Assembly (NCBI GenBank): GCA_041661005.1
Contig: JBAZVG010000001.1
Span: 295,544-359,543 of the forward strand
DNA length: 64,000 nucleotides
Direction: 5' to 3'
DNA from: Minisyncoccota bacterium
Lineage (GTDB): Bacteria > Patescibacteriota > Minisyncoccia > Phycocordibacterales > UBA9973
Shown: piece after piece, positions 17,637 to 25,859 of the stretch
Numbering within the stretch: position 1 is the first letter of the stretch
Layout of the letters: the number at the start of each line of letters is the position of its first letter
Program-made: the position numbers and the translations under genes
The notes under the pieces: model-generated
The model's input: only the letters and a program-made list of their open reading frames with translations
Database searches by the model: none
Told to the model about the DNA's origin: nothing

Positions 17637-19568
17637 TTACTTCGCTTCGCTTTCAGGCTTCTCACCTTCTTTGAACTCCGCATCCCGCGCCTGCTCTGAG
17701 CTTGTCGAAGAGTCCTTTACTTCCGCATTTTGTTCTTCTGGAGTCTTTGGGGACTGTGGAGTGGCGCCAGCTTTTGCCATCGCCTCGCCTATTTTAGACA
17801 TTTCAGCGGAAAGCTCTTCAGTTGCCTTCTTGATCGCCTCGCCATCAGTGCCATCTTTGACCCCTCGGAGCGCGGTGATTTTCGCATTCACGCTATCTTT
17901 TAACCCAGCATCTATTTTGTCGCCATTATCTTTCAAAGCTTTTTCGGCGGTGTAAATAATCATCTCCGCAGTATTTTTTACATCCACAACTTCTTTTTTC
18001 TTTTTATCTTCTTCAGCATGAAGTTCCGCATCTTTTTGCATTTTCTTTATGTCTTCATCTTTGAGCCCGGAGCTAGCTTCTATTTTTATTGATTGAGTTT
18101 TGCCGGAAGCTTTGTCTTTTGCAGTCACATTTAAAATTCCATTAGCATCAATGTCAAAAGAAACTTCAACTTGAGGCATACCTCGAGGTGCTGGTGGAAC
18201 TCCGTCTAGAATAAATCGGCCCAAAGATTTGTTATCGGAAGCCATCGGACGCTCTCCTTGGACTATATGGATCTCAACACTAGTCTGATTATCTGCAGCT
18301 GTAGAAAAGACTTGAGATTTAGAAGATGGAATTGTTGTATTTCTTTCAATTAATTTTGTCGCTACTCCTCCCAAAGTTTCAATACCTAAAGAAAGTGGAA
18401 TAACATCAAGCAAGAGCACATCGCGCACATCTCCAGCGAGCACGCCGGCTTGCACCGCAGCGCCGAGTGCGACGACTTCGTCAGGATTGATGGACATATT
18501 TGGCTCTTTACCAAAAAGATTTTTTACCGCAGCCACGATAGCCGGCATTCTGGTCTGTCCACCCACCATGATGATTTCATTTATTTCATTCATCTTGAAT
18601 GGAGAGGCAGCGAGAGCTCGTTTAGTTATTTCAATAGAACGATCAATCAAATCTTTGGTGAGAGATTCCAAAGTAGCGCGAGACATTTTCATAAGCAGAT
18701 GCTTCGGGCCTCCGGCATCTGAAGTGATAAACGGTATATTTATTTCCGCCTCTATAGTAGTAGAAAGTTCATGTTTCGCTTTTTCAGCCGCTTCTCGGAG
18801 TCTCTGATGCGCTAGTGGATCTTTGGTTACATCAATACCAGATTCTTTCTTGTATTCTTCCGCGATCCACTTCACTATCTTTCGATCAATATCACCTCCA
18901 CCCATGTGACTGTCGCCATCGATAGACTTCACTTCTATCACATCCCCGCCTATCTCGAGTACCGACACGTCGAAAGTTCCTCCACCGAAATCATACACCA
19001 CCACTTTCTCATTTTTCTTTTTATCAAATCCATAAGCAAGCGCCGCCGCCGTAGGCTCGTTGATAATGCGTTTTACATCTAGCCCCGCGATAGCGCCAGC
19101 ATCTTTAGTCGCTTTTCTTTGCGCATCATTAAAATATGCAGGCACAGTGATGACAGCTTCGGTTATTTTTTCCCCCAGTTTTGCTTCAACATCCGCTTTT
19201 ATTTTTTGTAAAATCATCGCAGAAATTTCTTCCGGTCGATAAAATTTGTCCATCATTTTGACTTTCACTCCCCCGCCATCCCCTGTTTCAATTTTGAATG
19301 ACGTTGTAGCTTGGTCTTTTTGCACTTCTGGATCATCAAAACGATGCCCCATAAAACGCTTGATTTCCGCGATTGTATTTTCCGAATTGGTTATCGCCTG
19401 ACGTCTCGCGAGAAGTCCGACAATACGATCGCCATTTTTAGCAGTTGCGACCACCGAAGGTGTAGTGCGATTGCCTTCAATATTTTCAATTATCTTCGGC
19501 GCGCCACCTTCGATGATAGCTACCGCTGAATTTGTTGTACCCAAATCTATACCTATTATTTTTGACAT
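17637..19568 (-). CDS. dnaK: Chaperone DnaK (Hsp70)
   Basis: '[17 protein letters not shown]', '[10 protein letters not shown]', '[14 protein letters not shown]' and other Hsp70 signature segments. 643 aa. Confidence 0.92.
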   Translation of the reverse strand: MSKIIGIDLGTTNSAVAIIEGGAPKIIENIEGNRTTPSVVATAKNGDRIVGLLARRQAITNSENTIAEIKRFMGHRFDDPEVQKDQATTSFKIETGDGGGVKVKMMDKFYRPEEISAMILQKIKADVEAKLGEKITEAVITVPAYFNDAQRKATKDAGAIAGLDVKRIINEPTAAALAYGFDKKKNEKVVVYDFGGGTFDVSVLEIGGDVIEVKSIDGDSHMGGGDIDRKIVKWIAEEYKKESGIDVTKDPLAHQRLREAAEKAKHELSTTIEAEINIPFITSDAGGPKHLLMKMSRATLESLTKDLIDRSIEITKRALAASPFKMNEINEIIMVGGQTRMPAIVAAVKNLFGKEPNMSINPDEVVALGAAVQAGVLAGDVRDVLLLDVIPLSLGIETLGGVATKLIERNTTIPSSKSQVFSTAADNQTSVEIHIVQGERPMASDNKSLGRFILDGVPPAPRGMPQVEVSFDIDANGILNVTAKDKASGKTQSIKIEASSGLKDEDIKKMQKDAELHAEEDKKKKEVVDVKNTAEMIIYTAEKALKDNGDKIDAGLKDSVNAKITALRGVKDGTDGEAIKKATEELSAEMSKIGEAMAKAGATPQSPKTPEEQNAEVKDSSTSSEQARDAEFKEGEKPESEAK

Positions 19569-19771
19569 AACTTTTTTATTTTTATTAATTAATAATTAAT
19601 TCCCCTCTTGAGGGGTGGCTTTAGCCGGGGTGGATAATTCTTCCACCTCCCCCTACGGGTACTCCTCAAGAGGAGAATCTAAATACATTATACAGATACC
19701 TAAATTTTTAGCAAGTTTTTCGTGAACGCGAAATACTTGTCAAAATCCAATATATATTATAGTATATAGTC

Positions 19772-20305
19772 ATGTCAAGGAAAGATGGCTATTCTAATAA
19801 AATATTGAAGATTTTGGGAGAAAAAACGGCTGTTTCCCTATCCGAAATTACAAAACAAATAAAAACAGAGGAGTGTTCCCAGAAACCAGAATATGCTATT
19901 ACACGTTCACTGAAAGGGTTGAAAGATGCTGGATTGATAGAGCAACTGGCTTCCCCGCAGAATGAATACGCGCGCCTTACTAAATTAGGAAGAAGAAAAA
20001 TACATAGTCTTCAATTAGATAGTAATACAACTCTCGTAAATACCACTTGGGATGGATTCTGGAGAATCATTTTACTCGACTTGCCGGAAGACAGAAAAAG
20101 TGAGCGTGAAAGTTTACGCTATCTTTTAAAAAAAGCCGGCTTCGTTTGTCTAAAAAATTCCGCTTGGATTTCCCCCTTCCCTTTTGAACACTTATTCACA
20201 AATATTAAAAAAGATTTGGGCCTTTCGACTGAAATGATAATACTAGTTACAGATAATATTGATGAGGGGTCAAGAAAAGTATTTTTGGAAAGCTTTAGTA
20301 AGTAG
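19772..20305 (+). CDS. Hypothetical protein with putative N-terminal winged-helix DNA-binding domain (177 aa)
   Basis: N-terminal ~80 aa has a wHTH-like pattern ('VSLSEITKQIK...AITRSLKGLKDAGLIEQ'). The C-terminal domain is unknown. Confidence 0.4.
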   Translation: MSRKDGYSNKILKILGEKTAVSLSEITKQIKTEECSQKPEYAITRSLKGLKDAGLIEQLASPQNEYARLTKLGRRKIHSLQLDSNTTLVNTTWDGFWRIILLDLPEDRKSERESLRYLLKKAGFVCLKNSAWISPFPFEHLFTNIKKDLGLSTEMIILVTDNIDEGSRKVFLESFSK

Positions 20306-20444
20306 ACCTGCCCCGTAGTGAACTCTGCTCTACTACTGGATGAAGAAACAAAAAAGTTTCTATTTGAAACTTTTGAAAAATAAAATTGTAAATATCGGCG
20401 TTAAATGCTATATTTTTTGGAAGAAAGTACATTAAGAATAAATT

Positions 20445-20516
20445 GGCTCTATCGTCTAATAGTTAGGACACAAGCTTCTCAAGTTTGGAATCTGGGTGCG
20501 ATTCCCAGTAGAGTCA
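20445..20516 (+). tRNA. tRNA-Glu (anticodon CUC). T-loop reads TGCGATT, i.e. G at the usually invariant U55 position.
   Basis: Hand-folded cloverleaf. Acceptor GGCTCTA/TAGAGTC (one G-T wobble); D-stem GTCT/GGAC; anticodon stem CAAGC/GTTTG with loop TTCTCAA; T-stem CTGGG/CCCAG; discriminator A. No CCA encoded. Confidence 0.7.
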
Positions 20517-20669
20517 CAAAGCACTTACATGAAAAAGAGCACACTGCTGTGCTCTTTTTCATGTAAGTGCTTTGTGAAGACGGAAGTATGTTTTTCCAGT
20601 AAGAAAAACAACTGAGTCCGGGGCTGGAAAATTTTCTTTTGACGAAAAGAAAATTATTGTGGCTCACAT
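20513..20669 (+). repeat. tRNA-Glu 3'-flanking repeat element, copy A (perfect 29-bp-stem hairpin + ~95 bp conserved tail)
   Basis: Begins inside the tRNA 3' end at 'GTCACAAAGCAC'. Hairpin CACAAAGCACTTACATGAAAAAGAGCACA-CTGC-TGTGCTCTTTTTCATGTAAGTGCTTTGTG. The following ~60 bp are near-identical to the reverse complement of 52081-52207. Confidence 0.75.
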
Positions 20670-20839
20670 AAACTTCGAATGCGAAGCATCCCTAAAACAA
20701 GCTAGATCCCAAATTGTTTTCCGACATCAACACATCATTGGCGATTTGGAACAGAAAAAGATATACTTCACAATGGACAACAGTACCACTCCGTAAGACT
20801 TGAGCGAAAGCCAAGCAGGAATCAACGAAAGGGATAGTT

Positions 20840-21397
20840 ATGGAACTGAAACCAGCACATAGAAAAGCATTCCGAGAGAACATCAGTACGGTCTGTACCA
20901 ATAGACTGTACAGGGAGGCACTGGAAAGTCTGAAAGTTGCCCCGCTTCCCACGATGTCTGTGTGGATCACTCGACAGATCTACAGAAAATGGAGTAGCAG
21001 TTGGGTCGACGAGAACAAGAGAACCTTGTGGCAGGTTCTCACTGGGGTCAGGAAGGAACCCAAAAAGTTCTACATGTCCCACCCGAAAGAGTGGGAACTG
21101 CCATACAGAGGTGGTTTTGGGAGAAAGGATCGGAATATGGTGGTAAGACTGCAGGTAAAGTGGAAAGTTGACGGAGAAGGCAAGGATGACTTCCTCTATC
21201 AGCACATTGAAGAAATTCCGATGTTTGGTGATGAGAAAAAGTTTCACTTCTTTACCACTGATATTGAAATCTTTCCACTTACGCCTCAACAAGCGGCATT
21301 CGTCGGAGCGATGCGCCTTACCTCATTTACTCCAAGTATATTCTGGGGAACTCGTGAAGACGTGATGGAGATTCAAAACAAGTTCCCCATCGTTTAG
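20840..21397 (+). CDS. Hypothetical protein (185 aa) in a GC-rich (~48%) island
   Basis: Clean ORF with composition clearly different from the AT-rich background. No recognisable motif. Confidence 0.4.
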   Translation: MELKPAHRKAFRENISTVCTNRLYREALESLKVAPLPTMSVWITRQIYRKWSSSWVDENKRTLWQVLTGVRKEPKKFYMSHPKEWELPYRGGFGRKDRNMVVRLQVKWKVDGEGKDDFLYQHIEEIPMFGDEKKFHFFTTDIEIFPLTPQQAAFVGAMRLTSFTPSIFWGTREDVMEIQNKFPIV

Positions 21398-21495
21398 GCA
21401 AGTTCGCAGTATCAAGCCGTGAGGAAGTCGCGATCCGTGACACTCGCGGCTTTCTCATTTAAATATAAGAAAATTCTTTATCTGATCGAATATCA

Positions 21496-21524
21496 GATTC
21501 CAATTCATGGTACAATGTGTCACA
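21496..21524 (+). promoter_or_regulatory. Promoter-like recurrent motif, copy F (diverged): GATTCCAATTCATGGTACAATGTGTCACAG
   Basis: Matches the GTTCCAATyTCGyAyAATTAGggTCACA family. Contains an extended -10 'TGgTACAAT'. Sits 6 nt upstream of the ATG at 21530. Confidence 0.4.
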
Positions 21525-21529
21525 GATTT

Positions 21530-22108
21530 ATGAAATCTTTTTTTAGAAAAATTCGTCACAAAACAATTACTCGAAAGTTAGTTATTCCGAAAAATGCTTC
21601 TATTCTCGACACTTCTTGCCAAGATGGTGGATTTTTATCCATACTCATGAAGAACAATGAAGGTAAGAATATTAATATTTTTGGTATTGATATAAGTTCT
21701 ACAGATGTGGAGGCAGCTAAAAAAATAATTCCAACTGGAATTTTTAAAATTACAGATAATAGTTCAATCCCATTCGGGGATAAGACATTCAATACTGTTG
21801 TAAGCTCTCTGACTCTCCACCACATGTCTCAACCCGTAAAATCATTTAATGAAATGAAGCGAGTACTAAAAGATGACGGCTCTATTTATTTAATCGATAT
21901 AATTTCAGAAAATACTGTTTTTAATTTTATCTTAAAACACATAAAGTGTCCTGAACCATATCATTTTGAGAAATTTTATTCCTTAAAAGATCTTAATGAA
22001 TTGTTGACAAAAACAAAATTAAAAATTTCCCAGAAAGTAAAAATACTAACTTTTCCGACCCCCAGTGTTGTTACACCAGTTTTATTAGTGGAATTAAAAA
22101 AGGATTGA
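21530..22108 (+). CDS. Class I SAM-dependent methyltransferase (Methyltransf_11-like)
   Basis: Motif I 'ILDTSCQDGGFLSIL', post-I acidic 'IFGIDIS', motif II/III region. The longest ORF starts at 21419, but a promoter-like motif lies inside that extension, so the 'MKSFFRK' start was preferred. Confidence 0.55.
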   Translation: MKSFFRKIRHKTITRKLVIPKNASILDTSCQDGGFLSILMKNNEGKNINIFGIDISSTDVEAAKKIIPTGIFKITDNSSIPFGDKTFNTVVSSLTLHHMSQPVKSFNEMKRVLKDDGSIYLIDIISENTVFNFILKHIKCPEPYHFEKFYSLKDLNELLTKTKLKISQKVKILTFPTPSVVTPVLLVELKKD

Positions 22109-22134
22109 AAAACTCTTTATCTGACTGAATAGCC

Positions 22135-22163
22135 GGTTCTGATCTCGCACAATTAGGGTCACA
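22135..22163 (+). promoter_or_regulatory. Promoter-like recurrent motif, copy A: GGTTCTGATCTCGCACAATTAGGGTCACA
   Basis: -10-like CACAAT; the ATG of the 22170 gene is 7 nt after the motif. Confidence 0.4.
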
Positions 22164-22169
22164 CGAAAA

Positions 22170-22736
22170 ATGCCAACCATAGATACTTTAGAAAAAATAA
22201 TTAATACATTAGACCCAGTTAATCCTTATGAGGATGATAGAATGTTGATCTTGTATTGCAGTTTATTTATTGAAGATTATGTAGAAAAAATATATTCACA
22301 AGTAAAAGGAAGCGTAAAATACAAGGATTGCAAATACTGCGGAAAAACCTCAAAACCAGGTTTTTTGAAAAAAGTAAAAGAACTAGCCGATGAAGGCTAT
22401 ATAAATAAAGAAGTTGGACATGATTTGATTATTGAAGAAATATGGAAACACCGAGGACCGGCAGTTCATGAAATAAATCTAGATGTTAGTAAAATCATTG
22501 AAACTGTTGAAAAATACACTAGAGATTCAAAAAGAGATGACCCTCATGGGTTATTAGAGAAATTGTTTAAAAATATAAGTTGGAGAAAAAAACTTCAAAT
22601 GCCTTCAATTGCGATAGTTTTTACTCTTAACCAAACACTGAGTAATATTTTAGGAACTTCCACAAATAAGAAATTAGAATTTGAGATTGATCCGAATTGT
22701 ACAAATATTCGCTCTAAAATTATTAGTTTGGATTAA
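22170..22736 (+). CDS. Hypothetical protein (188 aa)
   Basis: ORF flanked by motif copies A and B. Confidence 0.45.
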   Translation: MPTIDTLEKIINTLDPVNPYEDDRMLILYCSLFIEDYVEKIYSQVKGSVKYKDCKYCGKTSKPGFLKKVKELADEGYINKEVGHDLIIEEIWKHRGPAVHEINLDVSKIIETVEKYTRDSKRDDPHGLLEKLFKNISWRKKLQMPSIAIVFTLNQTLSNILGTSTNKKLEFEIDPNCTNIRSKIISLD

Positions 22737-22766
22737 AGGTAAATAGTTTTATTTGACTGAAAATCA

Positions 22767-22795
22767 AGTTCCAATTTCGTACAATTAGGGTCACA
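22767..22795 (+). promoter_or_regulatory. Promoter-like recurrent motif, copy B: AGTTCCAATTTCGTACAATTAGGGTCACA
   Basis: TTGACT at 22753 and TACAAT inside the motif. Oriented antisense to the following minus-strand gene. Confidence 0.4.
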
Positions 22796-22805
22796 AAAAT
22801 TAAAT

Positions 22806-22845
22806 TTAAAAAGCCAACAAACTTTTCTCCTTTCGGTGTGTTGTT
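22806..22845 (-). terminator. Hairpin terminator of the 22911-23270 gene; loop motif shared with 4201-4242
   Basis: GCCAACAA...TTGTTGGC stem with loop 'CTTTTCTCCTTTCGGTGTG', followed on the minus strand by a TTTTT run. Confidence 0.45.
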
Positions 22846-22910
22846 GGCTAGTATGAATTAATTAGTAACTCACAACTTGCTCGACATACGAGCGTGTTTT
22901 TGTAAAATTC

Positions 22911-23270
22911 TCATACGACAGTTGCATTTAGAATGTTTCCATCTTCTTTCAATGCAGTGACGGTAAGTCGAGCTCCGTCAAGTTCAAGCATCAAGGCGAA
23001 AGATCTTTCACTATTTTCTTCCACCTCAATATTCTCAACGTCGTACCCTAGCTGTCGGTAATACCCCGTGGTGAGCTCCTTTATGACATCCATAGGGGTT
23101 TCTTCTAAAAGACCTAGTCGAATGTGTTCAAAGTTTCCTGGATCAACATGATCGGCGAGTGTATTTCCGTCCGACATGTCGATTGCAGCCAAAGAAATCA
23201 TGTCTGCAACATCCAGCTCAGAACAGGCCAATTCCTGAACTAGAAACATCTTTAAGGTTAAATCTTGCAT
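22911..23270 (-). CDS. Hypothetical acidic protein (119 aa), GC-richer
   Basis: ORF between motif copies B and C. Confidence 0.4.
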   Translation of the reverse strand: MQDLTLKMFLVQELACSELDVADMISLAAIDMSDGNTLADHVDPGNFEHIRLGLLEETPMDVIKELTTGYYRQLGYDVENIEVEENSERSFALMLELDGARLTVTALKEDGNILNATVV

Positions 23271-23437
23271 ATTTTTGAAGACTAAGGGTTTATTTCAAAA
23301 GGATACTGCTAGGCATCCAGAACTGTTTAATTTAAAATATATATTATTTAGGTTATTGTCAAGTACGCCTAATTCTTGGCCTCGAGTATTAATTCCAAAA
23401 AATGAAGCATGGAAACCCTTTATATAATTCAGGATTA

Positions 23438-23465
23438 GGTTCCAATCTCGCATAATTAGTTCACA
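23438..23465 (+). promoter_or_regulatory. Promoter-like recurrent motif, copy C: GGTTCCAATCTCGCATAATTAGTTCACA
   Basis: -35-like TTCAGG, 17-bp spacer, -10 CATAAT. Abuts the stop of the 23471-24142 (-) gene. Confidence 0.4.
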
Positions 23466-23470
23466 AATCT

Positions 23471-24142
23471 TTATCTTAATTTTCCACCAATCTCAGAAGA
23501 AGGACTCTCATTTTTCTTGCCAAGATATTTAGTTTCATACCAAGCTTTTAATTCGGGTATCTCTTTAATTTGTCTTATGACTGAATCTCGATAACTTCCA
23601 GTTTCTCCAACTTCTTTATCAAGCAATTCCTGCATTAATGGCTGTTCGGCACTGATTGAAATTTTTTCAATCGGAATGTCATCAGTAAATATTACTTCAG
23701 GTAAAACAAATGGGTATCGCTCCGGATGCCGCAAGTATTCTGCAATAGGAACCTTGGAACCAATGTATTTTCCTTCTGCGATTTTCCTTTCATTATAAAT
23801 TTCTTTTCCGCCACCTTCAGAACCGATTTTATAAAGAAACTTTTCTATTTCTCCTCTATCAACAACAAAAACATTTTTATCACTTTCGTCTACTTGTATT
23901 TCAAGCAACATTCTTCCAATGTCTCTTGTGAGGTGAAACCATATATCAGGGAATTGAGTATTGTGTGTCCAATTTTTAGGCACCGGTTCCAAAAGAGCGA
24001 AAACAGCCCCAGTATCCAAAGCATCTTCATGAACTTGACCAACTCTACGAATTGCTCCCAACCCCGACTTATCACGAGATTTCCAAGAGCCCTTTTTAAT
24101 AAGAGCCCAGTTGTCTAATGAAGTATAGTGATAAACTTTCAT
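23471..24142 (-). CDS. Hypothetical protein (223 aa)
   Basis: ORF between motif copies C and D. Confidence 0.45.
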   Translation of the reverse strand: MKVYHYTSLDNWALIKKGSWKSRDKSGLGAIRRVGQVHEDALDTGAVFALLEPVPKNWTHNTQFPDIWFHLTRDIGRMLLEIQVDESDKNVFVVDRGEIEKFLYKIGSEGGGKEIYNERKIAEGKYIGSKVPIAEYLRHPERYPFVLPEVIFTDDIPIEKISISAEQPLMQELLDKEVGETGSYRDSVIRQIKEIPELKAWYETKYLGKKNESPSSEIGGKLR

Positions 24143-24200
24143 AATTCAATATTACAACTTTAATACAAAATTTCAAAACCCTTTATTCTACTAAAAATCT

Positions 24201-24228
24201 GTTTCCAATCTCGTATAATTAGATCACA
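24201..24228 (+). promoter_or_regulatory. Promoter-like recurrent motif, copy D: GTTTCCAATCTCGTATAATTAGATCACA
   Basis: Consensus -10 TATAAT. Lies 46 nt upstream of the 24274 ATG. Confidence 0.45.
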
Positions 24229-24273
24229 ATTCAGAAACTTGGCTTAAAAAATAATTAAAGCTATACTCTTACC

Positions 24274-24522
24274 ATGCAAAAAAAGATTAAAAAATTCATT
24301 GTTTTGACCATCGGAATTATTTTCATATTATTCGGACTGCTCGGATTAGTGTTACCTTTCTTGCAAGGAATTATTTTTTTAGTTATCGGCCTTATTCTCG
24401 TGTCTTTATGTTTTCCAAAAGCCCGAATGTGGGTAAATAAGCACACGCAACATCACCCTCGCTTGTTCCGCATAGCAAATAAAATAGAAATGTGGGCTGA
24501 AAAATTTATCGGAGAGATGTAA
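24274..24522 (+). CDS. Small membrane protein, DUF454/YbaN-like (82 aa)
   Basis: 'LLGLVLPFLQGIIFLVIGLILVSLCFPKARMW' resembles the YbaN 'LP.LP...F...A...F.R' pattern. Confidence 0.4.
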   Translation: MQKKIKKFIVLTIGIIFILFGLLGLVLPFLQGIIFLVIGLILVSLCFPKARMWVNKHTQHHPRLFRIANKIEMWAEKFIGEM

Positions 24523-24534
24523 TTTTTATATTTT

Positions 24535-25857
24535 TTATTTCTTCTTCTTCCATTCACTGTCCTGACGAACCAGCAACTTATTTTTATTTTCTTGGTCTAA
24601 AAGTATCGCCTCCGCTATTCGCTCCATGCGCATGCCTTGAGAGCCTTTGATGAGTATCAGATCTCGCTTTTGCACAAAAGTTTTTACAAATTCCCCCGCT
24701 TGGTATGAATTTAAAAATTCAAAAACATTTTCACCGCTCATTCCCGCTTCCAGAGCGCCAGACTTTATGGCTTGAGCTCTCGGACCTACTGTTATCAAAA
24801 CATCGTGATTTCCTTTCAAATTTTCTCCCGCAATCTTGCCAATATTTTTGTGAGCTTCTTCTGTATGTTTTCCGAGTTCCAGCATATCACCCAATATGGC
24901 GACCTTTCGACTTGATTTTTTTGATTTATTGCGCTTTATACCGCCCAGAGTATCGAGCGCAGACTCGCAGGCAAAAGGAGAAGAATTGTAGGTATCGTCA
25001 ATAATCATCGAATCATTTATGCCTTTCAATAATTTCATACGCCCCGGCGGAACGTCATAATTTTTAAGAACATCTATGGTATCTATAATATTTAATTTCA
25101 GCGCAAAAGATAAAGCGATAGATGCCAGAGACGCATAGACATGATTTCTGCCAAATACTCCGTTTATAACCACAGGCAAGCTATTTCCTTCCACATCTGC
25201 TCTAAAGACTACTCCCTCTGGTTCGCCTGAATCATTATAAAAAATACTGTCGGCAGAACCTCGGACGTCAGCCCCTTCTTTGAATCCATAAGTCACAGTA
25301 CGATGCTTGCTATTTGCCCTCATCTTCAACACATCCTCGTCGTCAGCATTCAATATAAAAGCTCCGTCTTGTTTTAAAGTTTTTATAAGCTTACTTTTTT
25401 CTTCGATCAGATTTTTGCGTGAATTGAAAAATTCAATATGCGCCGGAGTTTCCCCGATGGCCGTGATGATGACAATATCGCATTTCAACCATGAAGCAGT
25501 TTTATGCATATCTCCTTCCCTACCCACTCCCACTTCGAGAATAAGCCATTTAGGATATTTATGAGGAATCAAGAAAAGATACAAACCCTTAAAAATATTT
25601 TTCAACCATACAAAGGGGTTATTCCATCCATTCGGGATACCTAAAATAGTAAGAGGTAAACCTATCTCGCTGTTATAACTCTTCTCGCTTTTACGAACAT
25701 GGGAAACTTTAGACAGAACTGCAAAAACAGCGTCCTTGGTGGAAGTCTTGCCGACTGATCCAGTGATAGCAATAATTTGCGGTTTATATTTAGAAAGAAC
25801 TAAACGCGATTCTATCCGTAATATATGAGCTATTGTTTTTTTAAATATGGATTTCAT
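24535..25857 (-). CDS. murF: UDP-N-acetylmuramoyl-tripeptide--D-alanyl-D-alanine ligase MurF
   Basis: Mur ligase P-loop 'ITGSVGKTSTKD', central and C-terminal Mur domains. Position downstream of ftsI in the dcw cluster fits murF. Confidence 0.75.
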   Translation of the reverse strand: MKSIFKKTIAHILRIESRLVLSKYKPQIIAITGSVGKTSTKDAVFAVLSKVSHVRKSEKSYNSEIGLPLTILGIPNGWNNPFVWLKNIFKGLYLFLIPHKYPKWLILEVGVGREGDMHKTASWLKCDIVIITAIGETPAHIEFFNSRKNLIEEKSKLIKTLKQDGAFILNADDEDVLKMRANSKHRTVTYGFKEGADVRGSADSIFYNDSGEPEGVVFRADVEGNSLPVVINGVFGRNHVYASLASIALSFALKLNIIDTIDVLKNYDVPPGRMKLLKGINDSMIIDDTYNSSPFACESALDTLGGIKRNKSKKSSRKVAILGDMLELGKHTEEAHKNIGKIAGENLKGNHDVLITVGPRAQAIKSGALEAGMSGENVFEFLNSYQAGEFVKTFVQKRDLILIKGSQGMRMERIAEAILLDQENKNKLLVRQDSEWKKKK

Positions 25858-25859
25858 GG

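Noticed and set aside
19570-19771. Search for a CIRCE/HrcA operator upstream of dnaK
   Set aside because: No TTAGCACTC-N9-GAGTGCTAA-like inverted repeat is present. Only GC-rich hairpins were found (reported separately).
20479-21292. Minus-strand ORFs 20479-20667, 20692-20970 and 20822-21292
   Set aside because: They overlap the tRNA-flanking repeat and hairpin, or run antisense to the better-supported 20840-21397 ORF. All lie in GC-rich DNA where spurious ORFs are expected.
23726-24118. 130-aa low-complexity ORF on the + strand
   Set aside because: Antisense to the 23471-24142 gene and compositionally biased (Phe/Ile/Asn-rich).
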